Below, piece by piece: positions 25,021 to 38,962 of a stretch of DNA of 64,000 bases. The DNA is from Phoronis australis (taxonomy: Eukaryota; Animalia; Phoronida): contig NMRA01000023.1 in assembly GCA_002633005.1 (NCBI GenBank), forward strand, positions 240,580 through 304,579, written 5' to 3'. The notes beneath the pieces are model-generated. The model was not told where the DNA came from. It worked only from the letters and a program-made list of their open reading frames with translations, and did no database searches. Within the stretch, counting starts at the first letter, position 1, and every line of letters starts with the position of its first letter. Both the position numbers and the translations under genes were made by a program.

Positions 25021-25405
25021 ACTGCATGTAGGCAACTATGCGTAAGCACGTATATTTGATAAAATAATTTAAATAAATACGATAATGACAAAACATCAAC
25101 AAGATTGTCATACATTTGAGCCGGACGTTGAACATAACGCAAATAAATAATTATGATTGAAAAACGTCTCACGACTGTGGTTATTTGCCTGTTGAACATC
25201 GTTAACCGAAAGAATATAAAAGCCTCCGTGTTCTCGGCCGCAGAATGCATTAATCAAACACGTTAGGCAACACTAGTGTAAATGAACTTAAAACTCGTTT
25301 ACAATTTTAACCCCTCCCCCGCCCTTTCACACTTGGCCACAATAATGACATTTCTGATAACATGTAAAATATTTTATGATTCCATTTTACCTCTATTTTT
25401 TTAAG

Positions 25406-26013
25406 CCGCAGAGTACACGGGACATCTACTGGTGAGACCAAAAAACGCCAACAAGGGTTTCATTGTATATTGTGACGTCGGTTGGACAGTTATTCAGCGC
25501 AGGTTCGACGGAAGTTTGGATTTCAACAAAAAGTGGGTGGACTACAAAGCTGGATTCGGGGAACTGGACGGCGAAATGTGGCTTGGTAATGAAAAAGTTC
25601 ACTACATCACCCATCAGGCTCAATATAAAATACAGTATATCATGACACTTTGGAATGACACGCAGTTTGTACGTGATCACAATGAGTTTGTAATTTCCAA
25701 CGAGATGTCGAAGTACCAGATGATTGTGTCGCCTGTGTTGCAGACGAATGAGTTAAAGTCAAGTATTGAACAGTACAACGGCACACTGTTCACCACCCTC
25801 GACTCGGACAATGATGAACACAGTGGCAATTGCGCTATTCAGAATAAGGGTGGGTGGTGGTTCAAGAAATGCGGTTGGGTCAACCTCAACAATCTCTACC
25901 CCCTCCACGGTACATGTTCTTTGTCAGATGATAGATGGTGCATGAAGACAAAGCACGATAGTGGACCCACATTCTTGTTAAAACAAACCGTCATGAAAAT
26001 AAAGATGGTTTGA
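25406..26013 (+). CDS. Terminal exon encoding a fibrinogen C-terminal domain (FReD; ficolin/FREP-like)
   Basis: Intact ORF with VYCD, GWTVIQRRFDGSLDF, WVDYKAGFG, GEMWLGNEKVH, FTTLDSDND, NCA, GGWWF..C...NLN. A polypyrimidine tract and AG acceptor lie at 25405, and AATAAA at about 26498. Confidence 0.93.
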
Positions 26014-26870
26014 ATATCCTTTCGGCTTGATATGAAGAAATATACGGACTGGAGACGAATTTAAATCAACCGAACTTAAACAAACTTCACGAAATACGTA
26101 ACTTCTTTGTTACGTTGAAACTTGTAATGGCTACGAGGTCGAAGGGGACAACGGGAACCTGCTTGTATTAATTTGGCTCAGCAGGGATTTTAACGGGATC
26201 TTATATTATTGAGGTTATTAATGACTTTAAGCTTTTACGAAGTTGCAAGTGTAATAGATGTTGTGCTCTTATCTTGCGACCTTAATTGAAACTGATTACG
26301 AAACATCAGACACGCAGTAACCTGTGTGTACATAAGTGCTGGTGAAAACTCCTTGAAACACAAGTTTGAATTTTGCAAATCAAAGCCTTACCTGTGTTAA
26401 TTGCGATACCCAAATGAAGCAGATCCTAGTCTTAGGTTTTAACAAACACAGAGACAGTAAGTATTTCTTCTACAATTTGTGTACTTTTAGTTTAAGAAAT
26501 AAACGCACGATTTAAATAATTTATTAAGTTTTTGTGTGACGTCATTGGTGGATGCGGTCTCCACCACTATGTTGTTCTACACCAGCCGCGAGATGAAGCG
26601 GTCTCGAAATCTGTCAGACTGAGTTCGACTGAGTATTGTGAAAAGTTGCTTTTAGGGAAGATAACAGCAATAGGACACACAGTATTTCAGTTTTGTGTTT
26701 CCAAAAGACACTAATATCGCCCAGAAATGCCACAGGTTCGTGCACCAGACAGTAGAGGGAGGAAGAAGAGAAAAGTTGAGGGGTCACGCTGTGCTCAGCC
26801 CATTGTCAAGAATTGTGCTTCGATCTGTCTCAGAAACGGAGATTTGACGAAGGTTTCTCCAACGTGTATG

Positions 26871-27022
26871 TATGGGCGGCGCAGCACTGAAAAAAGTGGG
26901 GACTATAGCCCCCGCCCCTTTTGGTGCACCGCCCACAGACCAAAGGCGGCGCAGCAGCAATGAAAACATGTGGGACTATAGCCCACCCCCCCCCTTCAGC
27001 ACTCAATGGTGTGCCGCTCGTG
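26871..27022. repeat. Tandem dimer of a tiny (about 70 bp) GC-rich TIR-like unit
   Basis: ggcggcgcagca...gggactatagccc...ggtg..ccgc occurs twice head to tail, and each unit has short inverted ends. Confidence 0.5.
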
Positions 27023-30000
27023 TGTAAATGCATTTCTTAGAGAAAAAGTGTATTGTTCTGTACCATTACTGGGAACATAGTTGTCAGGCACATATTGAGT
27101 ATGAGTATCAAATTGTGACTAAGACAATGAATGCGATTGCAGTAAGTTTCCATCAGCCTATTCTTATTAAAATTTTGTGGGAATGTATACTATCCACATA
27201 TACACTGTACATGTATGTCAATGCCAAACGGTAGAAAATGGGATATAGATGCCACACGAATAGCTTCAGTTCACGACAGCAGTCGGAACAGAGGCTGGAG
27301 TCGGACACTGGAAGGAAATAATCGACTAATCGGAACGGTTCAAAGCTTTCATAATTTTGGAACATACAAGACAGAAACGAGTATCAGTTACCATAAATGA
27401 AATCCAGTTAGCACCACTATAATTAGATGTGGTCGTTCATGAAAACCGCACTCGGCATTAGACGAAATGAGTTCAACAGTCCGGGTAAAAACGACGAAAA
27501 CGTTTATGGTATTCAGTCGCCATGGTAACAATTATGCATGTCTACTTTCATACTTAACGTGAGCTTGGTTCACTCTGTATAACTGAAAACTTCCAAAGTA
27601 CATTCTAAGTTACTTACTGCGGCAAAAGTCTGTTAGGATCATTTTAGTTTGCGTACTGATTTGTTCTGAGTTCACTTTGCTAGGTGTAAGCCTTAGATAC
27701 AATGAAAACTTTGAAACCCGCGCGTCCAATATTTAAAAGATGTTTTTACCTCTCATGGGAGTGTGACAGCAAGTGACAAAGTCAGATTTGGGTGGAATCG
27801 GTTAAACCATTAGCATCCTGTAAAAATGACCAAACTCAGATTTAAGTGACTTTATATAGTTTACGTAGTGATTGTCAGGTAATAAGGAGGACGTCACCAG
27901 GGCACCAGTTAGCAGCTGACGAGGGGGGCAAAGGTTAGAGGCATGCACGGTTTTCAAAGAACCAAAACTGTCACTGGTGTGGCAGTACAGGTTAGACTCG
28001 TTTGAAAATATGCATGAAAATACTATTAGTTTTTGTTTTTGACTAAATTAGAAGTAAGACTTGGCAAACAAAAACGACGCTACAGTGCAGCATGTGGCTG
28101 AGGTTTCGATATTGATTAAAAATCATCCTCAGGTGCAATAGTAGACGCAAAACAAAATGTCGTAACAGACTTAGATTGATATTGAAATGTCGTTCTCAAG
28201 CATGCATGTGCCACCGTTTCCTCGAATTGTTTCGCCAAATTTCACGAAATTTCATCAAAGAAATCTAGTTATGGAAACTGTCACCAGGCGGCCAGCAATA
28301 GTCAAAATATCTAAACGTTGACGTTGGCTGATTTGATCACCATTTGCAAAAATTAATGAAGCCCCTTTATGAGGTTTATGAGTTACAGCTACATAAAGCC
28401 CGTAGTCAGGAACCGTAGAATACGCGATGGTATGTCTTTTCTATCAGCTGTTGCTTGAAAACAAACAAAAAGCCCATGTTTTTTATTTTTATTTTTTTAG
28501 TCACAGGATGTATGAACACACAATTTTATTCATGATCTGAGTCGGTGACCCAGGAGTCGACCTTTCGGTGCTCTCGTGGAATGACAGTTAACACGCAGTC
28601 TGCCGATTCGGTGCCGTGAGGTCTAACCCACTACCTGTTTCCCCAAGTGTCGTCTTCACCTCCATCTCCATGCCTGTCTTCATAATACTCATCAAGGTCG
28701 CTACCTGAGACTTCGTAACTTACAAAATCACCAGTATCCTCCATTGCATGTACACGGTGTACTGCCAACCGATTAACGTCTACCACTAATAACTTCACTT
28801 GGCGGGAAACCATAAAAAGAATCATTGTTTTTTCTTTAAAATTCGAAATTCCTCAACTATTTCCCAAAAATAAGTGCTTGTTTAGCTAGATGTTGTGTTT
28901 AAAAAATTATGATACATGGTCTAAAACCTCAAAAAGGACAGAAATCCATTCTAGGGACGCTTTAGAAACTAAGTTCGGCCTGAACGAGTTTTAGAGAATA
29001 GGGGATGAAACATTTTTATCACACCTACTGATCATATAGGTTATGCCAGATACTTAGGAATACTACTGATGCATCTTATCGAGAGTCGAAGGTCTCGTTG
29101 AGACATTCGGATAGGAATTGTAAGATATCCTGTTTAGCTCATATATTATCTGTCCCACAAAGTGAGCCACTTCTTTACAAATAATTTCTCAGCAATTGAT
29201 CAACAGAATTCGTTCAAATACATGTATTTTGACAATGTCTTTCCCAGGTGTCATCAACAAGTATCTCAGAGAAATGTTAAAAATTTATGGAAGCACTGTG
29301 AAATTCAAAACAGCGGGGTGAAAAAACCATATCACTGTGGCTTTCATCGTGTACTAAACTTAGGGAGAGAGTACGTCAACGTAAATGTACAGACTTTCAG
29401 GTTTTTATTGTTTGTTAAATCAGTTTTTGGCCACAATAAGATCAAAAACCGGACGATCTCCGCACAAATAAATAAAGTTCATGTTCAATTCAACGTTTCG
29501 TCTTTTCATTAGACATCATCAGGATCATATTTACAACAATTTAGGACAACAAGTGCCAACATACCTACTGACCATATTCTATGTATCTCTCACTTCACTC
29601 TATGGATGTTACCTGAGCTGTATGAATTGAACATGTTCTCTCCTGTGCTCACCAACTTACCTCCTCCCTCCAAACACCTTGGATCATCTCCAAAAATGTG
29701 TTCAATCAGTCGAAATAGGATTGTAATGACATTCAACAAAGACTGTCAGCTGCTATTGCCTTACCTGACGTGGGAGCAAGCAGGGAGATGGCACCATACA
29801 GTACTGTTAGCCGTACTTGTTCACCTTAAGAAAAATATAATCGTACTTTATATGTATGTTAGAAATGTGTAGATTAAGCAAAACTGAACGCATGTACATA
29901 TTGATAAACGATTTTGGAAGCGTCTTCACTGACAAAACAAAACTCCATTGTCGACTGTTTTATATTTCCTATGCAGAGACATGACAATACACGTTCTTGC

Positions 30001-33000
30001 AGATTCGAGTCAGTCTAAATGTTTCATAGTATAGGTTATTGTATAGTTCTGGCGTTATTAAACGTATTACGGGGAACGAAATGGTTCTTAGACAAAATGT
30101 CACAGTAGAATGTACGAAGAATAGGAGAGTTTACTCTGCCATCTTGCCATTCGCAGCAATGGTTATCGGTCGAGAAACTGGCGCCGTAGAAAGCGGCGAG
30201 TAAGGAACACCTAATTTAGCGGCGCAGTCCGAACCATGTAAACACTGATCAATTCATACTTTAATGACGTTTGACGAGTAGTAAAATTACTGTGTGATTG
30301 AAAATGGGTAAAATACGTAAACTAACACTCACTTATAATGGATTGATACTGAAAATGTGTGATTTAATCAGTATGAAAGTGTATTTGCTTTCAATCTCTT
30401 GAAGCTCCCTTCAAAATTCATCATGGTTTTGTTTCATGCTTGATTTCTTAATAAGGCAAATTACAGTTCCTTACAACATTTATACCTCCATGGACTCCAT
30501 TATTTTAGTAATTGCTCCTAGGGGTTCAGGAGGAGTTGCCCCCAGGTGCTAGTAATGGGGTACAAGGTGAAGGAGCATTACTAAACCAGGTGGGCGCTAA
30601 ATGAGTGTTGACCCCCTGCCAGGGGAAGAGTGCTAAACAGGTAAAAACCAATGGCGTATGCTACATGAGTGTTGAGCAACTCTCATGGTCCAAAATTTTG
30701 GTTGTCCCCTGACCATTGACAACATTTGCTGAGGTGTTGATAAGATTTGGCCCTCGTTTTGTGCATGACCCCAAGGACTTTTGCTTGTAGTGACTGGTGG
30801 CCATCATGCCCCAGTACCATCCTGGATGTTTTCCAACTTTTCACTACAAAGTGCTCCCAGCTCACTACTCGTTTGATATCCACCCAATTTTGAATGTGTC
30901 CTAGCTATTGAATACGGAAGACAGACATTTGGTTTTTGCAGTAAGTGTAACACAAGTAAGAAGAAAAAAGCAAGCCAATTCATCACTACCATAACACTGT
31001 ATTCCATTCTGATGCTCCCTCAAATATAATTTTACTAGGCGTACATTGACAACAAAGTATCTACAGCAGGCCGAGCGTAGCCTGTGCAGTAGCTTACACT
31101 GCAGACGACAATGCTGTATTTACCTTTTGAAGTCCCTGGCCAAGGGCCAGGACATTTTCTTTAGGCGCTACCTTTTGCTGTATAAATTCCTTAAATTCTC
31201 TTGAAAACGTACACTCAATCAACATCTTAAGAAAAGCTATAGATTTTTAAGTGAATCTAATTTTCAGAGAATATTCATTAAGATTTTCAAAATGGTGAAT
31301 TCAAAGTAGTTTTTAGTAAATGCATAACTATTTCTCTAGGGAGTTTTCTGTATCATTGGTTAATGAAGTCATATGTCACTTAATTTTCCGCATTTTTGAA
31401 CTTGTATATTACATAATGTGCATTGGGAACCTGGTGGAGAGGGACCATAACTCTACCGTCAATTGGTACTCGCTCATTTCCTGTTTTTGAAATCGTTCTA
31501 TGACATTTTCAAATTTAGGGGCCCCAGACTATTAATGGGGTCCGTTGGTGCACCTAGAATAGTATTTTTCTTGTTTTCCTATTCCTATCCTTTTTTTCGT
31601 AAAGGGCGGGGGATTCAATTGTTTCACTTATCCTGTGTTTCTGAAAATGTACAACCTTGAGTGTCAACAGGTGATGGAATAACCTGTAGCTCTTTTAACA
31701 GTGTTTATAATATAGCCTTTCACATTAAAGAGTCTCTTTTTAGACGGGAACCTCTCCTGGGTGGGCATCTCGGTGCAATTAGCTTATTTTCCCCTGTAAA
31801 TCCTGCATTGCTAACCTTCCACGAGGGGCTGTATACAGAAAAGATTTCAAATTGGTTGATGAAACCACCGAACATGTTGATTTGAAACACAACAGCATCA
31901 AAACATGCGATCTAAACAACCAAATGGTGTGAGACTATATTGAAAACTGCAGCATTGGCTGCCAGGTGGCTGCTATCGAAAGAATGGAGTTTGGAAAACT
32001 GAAAAACCACTATTTGTAAAGTACACAGGCAATATTCCCGATGGTCTTATAACAAGTATTTTGTTACCATGCTGTCAAGTTTTTTCTAGGTCCGTTTCAT
32101 AGAATCTGAAAAAATATCGATGGAGCTTCAGCTCTGTTTGAGCTGATTTATTGGCACTTGTATTTGTATTTGGATTTGACTTTTGGTCCCTAAACTTGAA
32201 TTTTCTAAATTTACATCTCGGAATTGTCTGTAGAAAACCACGGCAATGTGATAAATATTTTCATGTCGAAAGCTAGGCTAATACTGCGAACACTTTCATA
32301 TGATCCGTTTTAATAACACCGTGAATCTGCATAAAAACCATTGAAGCATACTCTCTGATACCTAATTGGAACTTTTCATAGGTATGAGGTCAATCTACTG
32401 TCTGTGCATATTTTTCTGCTATTTTTTATTTTCTTAAAACCTGCTTGATCAGAACAAACAAATGTTACCCATAATGCTGTGCGGTTTGACCTTTTGGCAA
32501 TTCTAGACAAATAGCTAGCTGTTTCCAGTACTGCTTCTAAGAAGAGAAGTTCGCCTTAGCTAGGTAAATTATTCGTTTCTTGAACATTTTGATGACGATA
32601 CTGTACCCTCTGTGAGCTGAACAGTCTAAATACAACGCTTGGTATTAGATGAAACAATTACCTGGGGGAAATTACGTACTGAATTTGATAGTAATCGTTG
32701 TGCTCGAGTCGAGTAAAATCTGCAGTGTAGCCTATGTCTATCAATGTTGTAACTGAAACTGAGTGTTATGTTATTGTGGGTGGATATACTATGTTTGTCA
32801 CTCGATAGTCGTGGGTTAAATTTCTACTTGCTGGCAATGTTTAGACTTTGGGCTTGAATTGCAAAATTATTCGGGGAATGTTATTACAATAAGAAAGTCA
32901 TAGTCTAACACCTGGGATTCTATACTCTACTAGTCAGCTAGTCCACGTGAATGCAAATCAGTGGATGAGCGATGACACCTCGGGTTTAATGCAAGCAAAC

Positions 33001-34019
33001 TTGGGAAGTGTTAGTAGACCGAGGCTTGATGTGAGAAAAGCGAGATCATACTGGCAAAACCACGCGTGGGAGGCAACCAATTTGATGCCTGTTGTACAGT
33101 TTAGAATCTGGTTCTCAAATTGCAAGATCCTGGGAGGAGTGGTTATATCTTTATTACAAGACAATATATTATGTATGGGACCTCTTCAAAGGCAAAGAGG
33201 TATAGCCAAAGGCAGATCAGTAGAAGCATTAATAATGGTTGAGCAGCTTACGTCTCTGGTGACTGGGTATTTTGGATTTGTGTTATCTGTACGTGGCATG
33301 GAGTTGATAACACGTAGGTAAATAAAGGGCTGGTGCACAGGAGAAGGTTGATGAAATTTCTTGCTTTTATCTTATGTACCAATTCTCGGAATTAGAGTAT
33401 GCGACTAGGCCCTTCCAGACTCACTTTATCAGTATACAGGACAGAGGGTATAACGAGCCTTTCGAAAAACATCTATCCTCCTTGAACGTCGACTGTAATT
33501 TAGACTTCTAGCATCAGTATTGACAAGTTAGCGCAGAAATTAAACTTAGTTGGTCTGAAAACAGTTAGAACAGTGAAGGTACATTCACACTTTTGCACAA
33601 ATAGGTATGCTAAGGAATGTATTGATTAATGTTATCCATGTCCTGCTCAGACTGACATTTTGTATGATTGTCATGCTTTTAAAGGACCACCGCGGCACCA
33701 ACAAAAAACAACGTAACTCAAGCCACAATGGCAACATGATTAGAGTGCAGAGGAATTGGCTTAGGTGGCAGTTGATGTTAGGTCTCTTCACATGCAGGTA
33801 TGCTTTGCATTCAACACAACAGAACCGGCAACCGGGGAATCCACTGACCTACAAGATAAACTTAGACCCTTGCAGGAAACAGGGGCCCCGGTTTGATCGC
33901 TTTAGGTGTCTCTCGAAAGAATGGCAGTACGATAACTGTGCCCCAGGGTCTGTTTCACGAAAAGTGACTTAAGACAGAGATTTGGTCTCGCAATCAATAT
34001 AAATGTTTCAGACAAATAA

Positions 34020-35177
34020 GGCCCTTTCATATTGACTTAACTCCGGTCTGAGTGGAGCGTCGACGTAAACAGCGCAGTTAACTGGACCGTTCATACTGGC
34101 TTCGGTAGTTAATGACCTTCGAAGTAAGGTGGCACTGAATAGTTAGGCTGCGGCCGCGGGCAATTTGCACTGCCAAAATATAGAAATTTTGGGGTAGGCC
34201 AAGTTTGGGGGCATTTTGTAGGTGGGCATTGCACGTAGGCTCAGTGAATGTGGTTTGTTTGTATTTGTGAACATGCTGTGAATAAAAAAGGCCACTTTCT
34301 TGGCTGTAGCTGCACTCTTCTTCAAGATGGCGGCCCCCGGCTGCAATTGTGCATTGTTGGGTAGCGACCGAGAAATTGGCTGTGATTTTAGGTAGCCCTC
34401 AAACAAGCAAGAATTGCAAAAAAACTAGTTGGTTGACAGTACTTTTGGACCACATTTTCTGAATCGGTAGGAAATTTGCTTTCAGACTCTAAGTTTGGTT
34501 TTAGTCGTGCATCGGCAGGGAAGTGGTGTTTTTCGGGTGAAAAGTGCCGATTTTGCATTTTTTTGCCCTTATTTTTCTTAGTCTAGCTTGGTTGTCAGTG
34601 GGAATGAAATGGTCAAAAATACAAGAAAGAATAAAGTTTCTGTGCTCATCTGCTGGGCTTTTTATGTGAAATAATTGAAAACATGCCATTCTTTGCGTCC
34701 TGTTTTTGACAGAGTGAAGAAAAGGTTACAAATCAAGTGATGTGTGTTTTGCTAGGCAAAACCCAGTGAGAACTGTTCTGTGCCTCCTAAAGGGTTGGTG
34801 ACGCTGACGTCATCGAAGTTATCGCAAGGTAGCACTGCACGCTAAGATTTTTCCAATGTGACAATTTGGGAACATTTAAATGTGCTAAATGATATTAAAC
34901 AACTCATTTTTAAATCGATTAGTTATCATAAGAGCAAAAAATTAAAAAAAAATTATTAGTGACGGCACTACTCTGTCTGTAACTGTTGACGATAACAGTG
35001 GCACCTGGCGATAACTTCGATTGGACAGGAGTTAGGCGTCGACACTGAGGTCTTAAATCCACCTGTTAACTGCGATGTTAAGTGGAGCTCTTAACTGTGA
35101 TCCAGGACCGGAGTTAAGCGTTCATACTGACCGCAACTCCCCAAACCATCAACGCGTCGAAGTTAGTACGGAAGGCC
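34020..35177. mobile_element. Old Harbinger-like non-autonomous element (tentative)
   Basis: Degenerate TIRs GGCCCTTTCATATTGACTT / AAGTTAGTACGGAAGGCC. Inverted subterminal motifs cttaactccggtc / gaccggagttaag. Flanks taa / tat. Confidence 0.45.
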
Positions 35178-36379
35178 TATATTTAAAAGTCAATTTAGCA
35201 AATGAATCAATATCTGAAAGTATACTCATAATTGTTACTTATTGACAAAATTCGTACAAATTAATTCCAGGTTATTATGTATTAATAACTACAGAACCAA
35301 ACCTTTACTTGGAAATTGTGAAGTGGAAACATTATAAATTACGGCTATGAATACTCATTAAAGACTGTCTATAGATTATTGACATGTTCATAATAAGGTA
35401 CGGTTTTAGGCAAACACGTTGACAGTTTCGTTTATTGTTTGTTTGAAATTTAAGAATAAATACCGGAACAGCCATGACAATGGATTGCCAACAATACATT
35501 TCATAACGTATTCAGCTGTTGAGTATACTAGGCAACGAAAGATTTTTTCTCTTATATATGGCAATGAAGAAAAAAAATTTTATTTTTATTCTTGATTCAA
35601 GACTTTTGGTTTCTTCGTCACAAATGAGGAATTGACAAGAGTCTGCTGTAATGATGTGCTGGCCTTCGACAAAGGTATCGACTAAAACAACAGGCGTCTA
35701 GCCCCAACATATTTTCACAATGCAAGGGTTAAGTCACAAATCGTACCGTATTATTTACTTTGCTTGGGGTCATCAAACAAATGATGTTATTTACTCAGAC
35801 TCAGTACTTTATGAGTCAAATGCATATATTTGCTTACTGCTTAGTACTGAGAAAAATGTGATTTCTCTATGGTACCAAGACCATTTCCTAGTTTCGTCCT
35901 GAAAATCGGATGAGGATTTAAATGAAATGCAACAGAATCATTAAAGCTGCTACAGTCACACATTCCATCAATAATGATTTAAGTTTTTATTTACACCATT
36001 TTTCACATCAAACTTCCTCTCACTTGAGTTGATTTACCCAGGCGACGATGAGTTTCTTCGCTTGGAGAGAATTGACTGAGAAGAAATGACATGTTGTTTC
36101 AAGCCAACTTGATAAGCTAAGGCTCGAGCTGTAACGAACCGTCAGCTCTTTCTAATTCCAAGAATAACATGTAGATTTAGTAAGGAATGAGCCGAGACAA
36201 TAAATGGACAAAAAAGTCGAGAGTTGTTTTATTTGGATGAAGGCAGGCTTATAGCAGCTTTAACAGCAATGACGTAGCAAACAGCAGTTGCATCAAGATT
36301 GGTCTGCCCGTAAGTTATTCATGTCGAAATATATTAAGATTACAATATTTAATTTTCAAAAACAAAAAGAACCGAACAA

Positions 36380-37050
36380 CATTATAAAGTTGCTGATGTA
36401 TGGCTAAGACGTGTAGGGTATGTAACTGAAGGTCTTAAATTGTGATTTGTCATAAAATCCAGGAATGTTTGAACTTCATTATTTTTTGTGTCTCTAGAAG
36501 ATTTAAGTTATAATCTCCACCTAAAATCAGTGTTTTACGCTGATTTTGAAAGTTTTCGATGATGGGACAGAACTCTTCAATAAACACGTCAAAGGTTCTA
36601 ACGAGTGAAGTCGGCGGTCTGTAAAAGTTACCGACGCAGATGATTTTGTTGTTAATATAGATAAAAGTGAGTAGGCCTTCGAACGTAGAATAAGTATCAA
36701 GAACTTGACTTTTTTGACAGGAAGATTTTGATTTACGTAAGTAATAAGGCCACCGTGTGTTGAACATAAGCCAGATGCAGGTTTCGAGTACACGTTGTAA
36801 CCGTCAATTTGAAAGACTGAAAGGCAGCTGATAGTGGTTAACCATGATTCTTGTATTAAGATAATGTCAAAAAATAATTCTTTAGAGTGAATGTTGTGCA
36901 GGAATGATTCAAATTGAGTGAATTTTGCATTGAGTGATTGAATGTTAATACTTAACACGGTTAGACTTGATTTATTTAGTTCAAGAAAGTTTTTAACTCC
37001 TTCTGTATCAAAAAATGGGATTTGGTAATTGGAGCCTCGGTGCAACATTC
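36380..37050 (-). mobile_element. LINE APE endonuclease fragment
   Basis: SINIQSLNAKF, DIILIQESWL, FQIDGYN, HGGLITY, GNFYRPP, GGDYNLNLL. It is frameshifted and no RT follows. Confidence 0.88.
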
Positions 37051-37732
37051 AAGGGACTTATATATGAAACAGATATCTAGTGCATTCTCACCTCCATAAC
37101 TAGATAATAGAGGAGCAGGATCAAGAGCTGCGCCAGATGATGCGGTTTGATAGACTTAAGTTACTTAAATGAACACTTTAATTACAAAGAAAGTACTGTA
37201 TCATTGTTTTGTGGCTGCAATCAGAGATCAAGTATATAAAAGTAAAATGTCAGACATATATACGGTACGGTAAAAAAGATGAGATGATAAATATTGTCGT
37301 GTCCAGATGTATTCTCTACAGTCTATATCCACGTCAAGCTACTATGCAAAAGCAACTTGAAAAATGGTGTCCAGTGTTCAGTGAAGCAGTGTTAATTTCT
37401 TTTGACATATCAGTTAACATTTGTTGCCATTTTAAGACATTTGACCTCAAGGCAATGGACTGGGTGGCCCCTGCAAGTTTGTGCACGCATTGTTCTTCTC
37501 TGAAGCATCTACTGATTATGGACGCCAGAGCCAGTGGAGTGTAGACATTTCTTAATCTTTCGCTGCATGCTTCTTGGATTTCTCAATGAAGTACCGGTGT
37601 AGCCTGTACGTGTAAAAGATTGTGAAAAGTTACAATATAATTGAGCACTGAAACACTAAGATCAAAGATACAGTGCACAGAAAACCACCATTGGGTACAA
37701 GTAATGATAACCGTTCCCATACCAATGACTGA

Positions 37733-37910
37733 ATGCTAGTATCAACAAATGTCACAGGTTGCATGTTAGCTTTGACTCTTGGTATCAGTCTTCATCGCAT
37801 CATAACTTGTGATGGCCATTGCAAAACACTTTATGGTTTGCATAGATCCAAGACAGGAAATTGAACTCAAGACAACATGGTCATGTCCTAAGTGCTACTC
37901 AGAAGACGTT
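37733..37910 (+). pseudogene. PHD-finger remnant, probably transposon-derived
   Basis: Across frameshifts it reads ITCDGHCK...MVCID...TTWSCPKC, with a possible upstream C-x4-C. Confidence 0.45.
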
Positions 37911-38599
37911 ACATGAACATAAATTTACCACGCAACTGTTTTTTAACAAGCTCAAACAAAGTTCATACTACCATTGTTTATCAGTAAACAATAATAAACC
38001 ATAGAGTTGCATTGTTCGCAGAACAGTTACTGTGGCTATAAAACCCTTTTATATCCACGCAACTTATCTTTTGATTTTAACCACTTACCAGTATAGAGTT
38101 GATCTCGGCTTTTTCCTTATTCAGATGAGAAACAATTTTGGTCTTTCAAAGAACTGATAGTTCATTATGGTTGAGACCATGTCAGGGGAATGAAATGACA
38201 TGCTGTGACAAGTCAACCTATAGATACTGTCTCAAGCAGAAATTTTCAATCCCAAAATTCAAACCTATTTTATCAAGGAACAATTTGAGATCAATTTCAT
38301 ACTAATGATACATGGTCTAAAACTAATTAGATATTCTCAAGTATACCTGTTAACCAAGACTCACCACCCACAGTACTCACTACGACCAACAGGGACATGA
38401 CCTTTCTAATAAAGCTATTAGCATAGCCAGATGAGGGAGAGTGGACAGCATGTCCCTAACACGTCCTACAAACTCTCCCCCCAGGACAATACTTTACACC
38501 AACTGCTACACTGCTTTGGCTGTTGAAATCAATCTAACAGTCGCAAGCGTAAATTACTAATCTGGGCCAGCGTGAATCAGTATTTAAGTGGGAGTAGTA

Positions 38600-38960
38600 G
38601 CCCTGTGCCAACCAAGTGCAGGACAAAAGCTGAACAGCTGATCGAGTTGTCCCTCTTCAAAAGGATTCGGGTCTGATGTACGCTGACTGAGATCAATTAC
38701 CCAGTGAATGCTCTGAGCGTGTATACGAGTCACTGAACATTTTACAAACAGCCCACTTACTTGTCCACCGAACCCCTTGCAAATTCTCCATGAGTTCGAA
38801 CATTCCATCTTGTCCTCATTGTTTCCACCTTTCTAACGAGTCTCTTAGGTACACGGTTTCTTGGTAATGCCGCTTTTTGTACTGACTAGTTCGTCTTTTT
38901 CCGAATCTCGTAGAGCAGGACGACCGCGTTTTGCCTTCGACCGTACACTACCAGTCTACG
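38600..38960 (+). repeat. Interspersed repeat family B, fragmented copy (continues at 40222-40270 and about 42100-42220)
   Basis: Collinear with the contiguous copy at 46577-47150. Confidence 0.85.
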
Positions 38961-38962
38961 CT

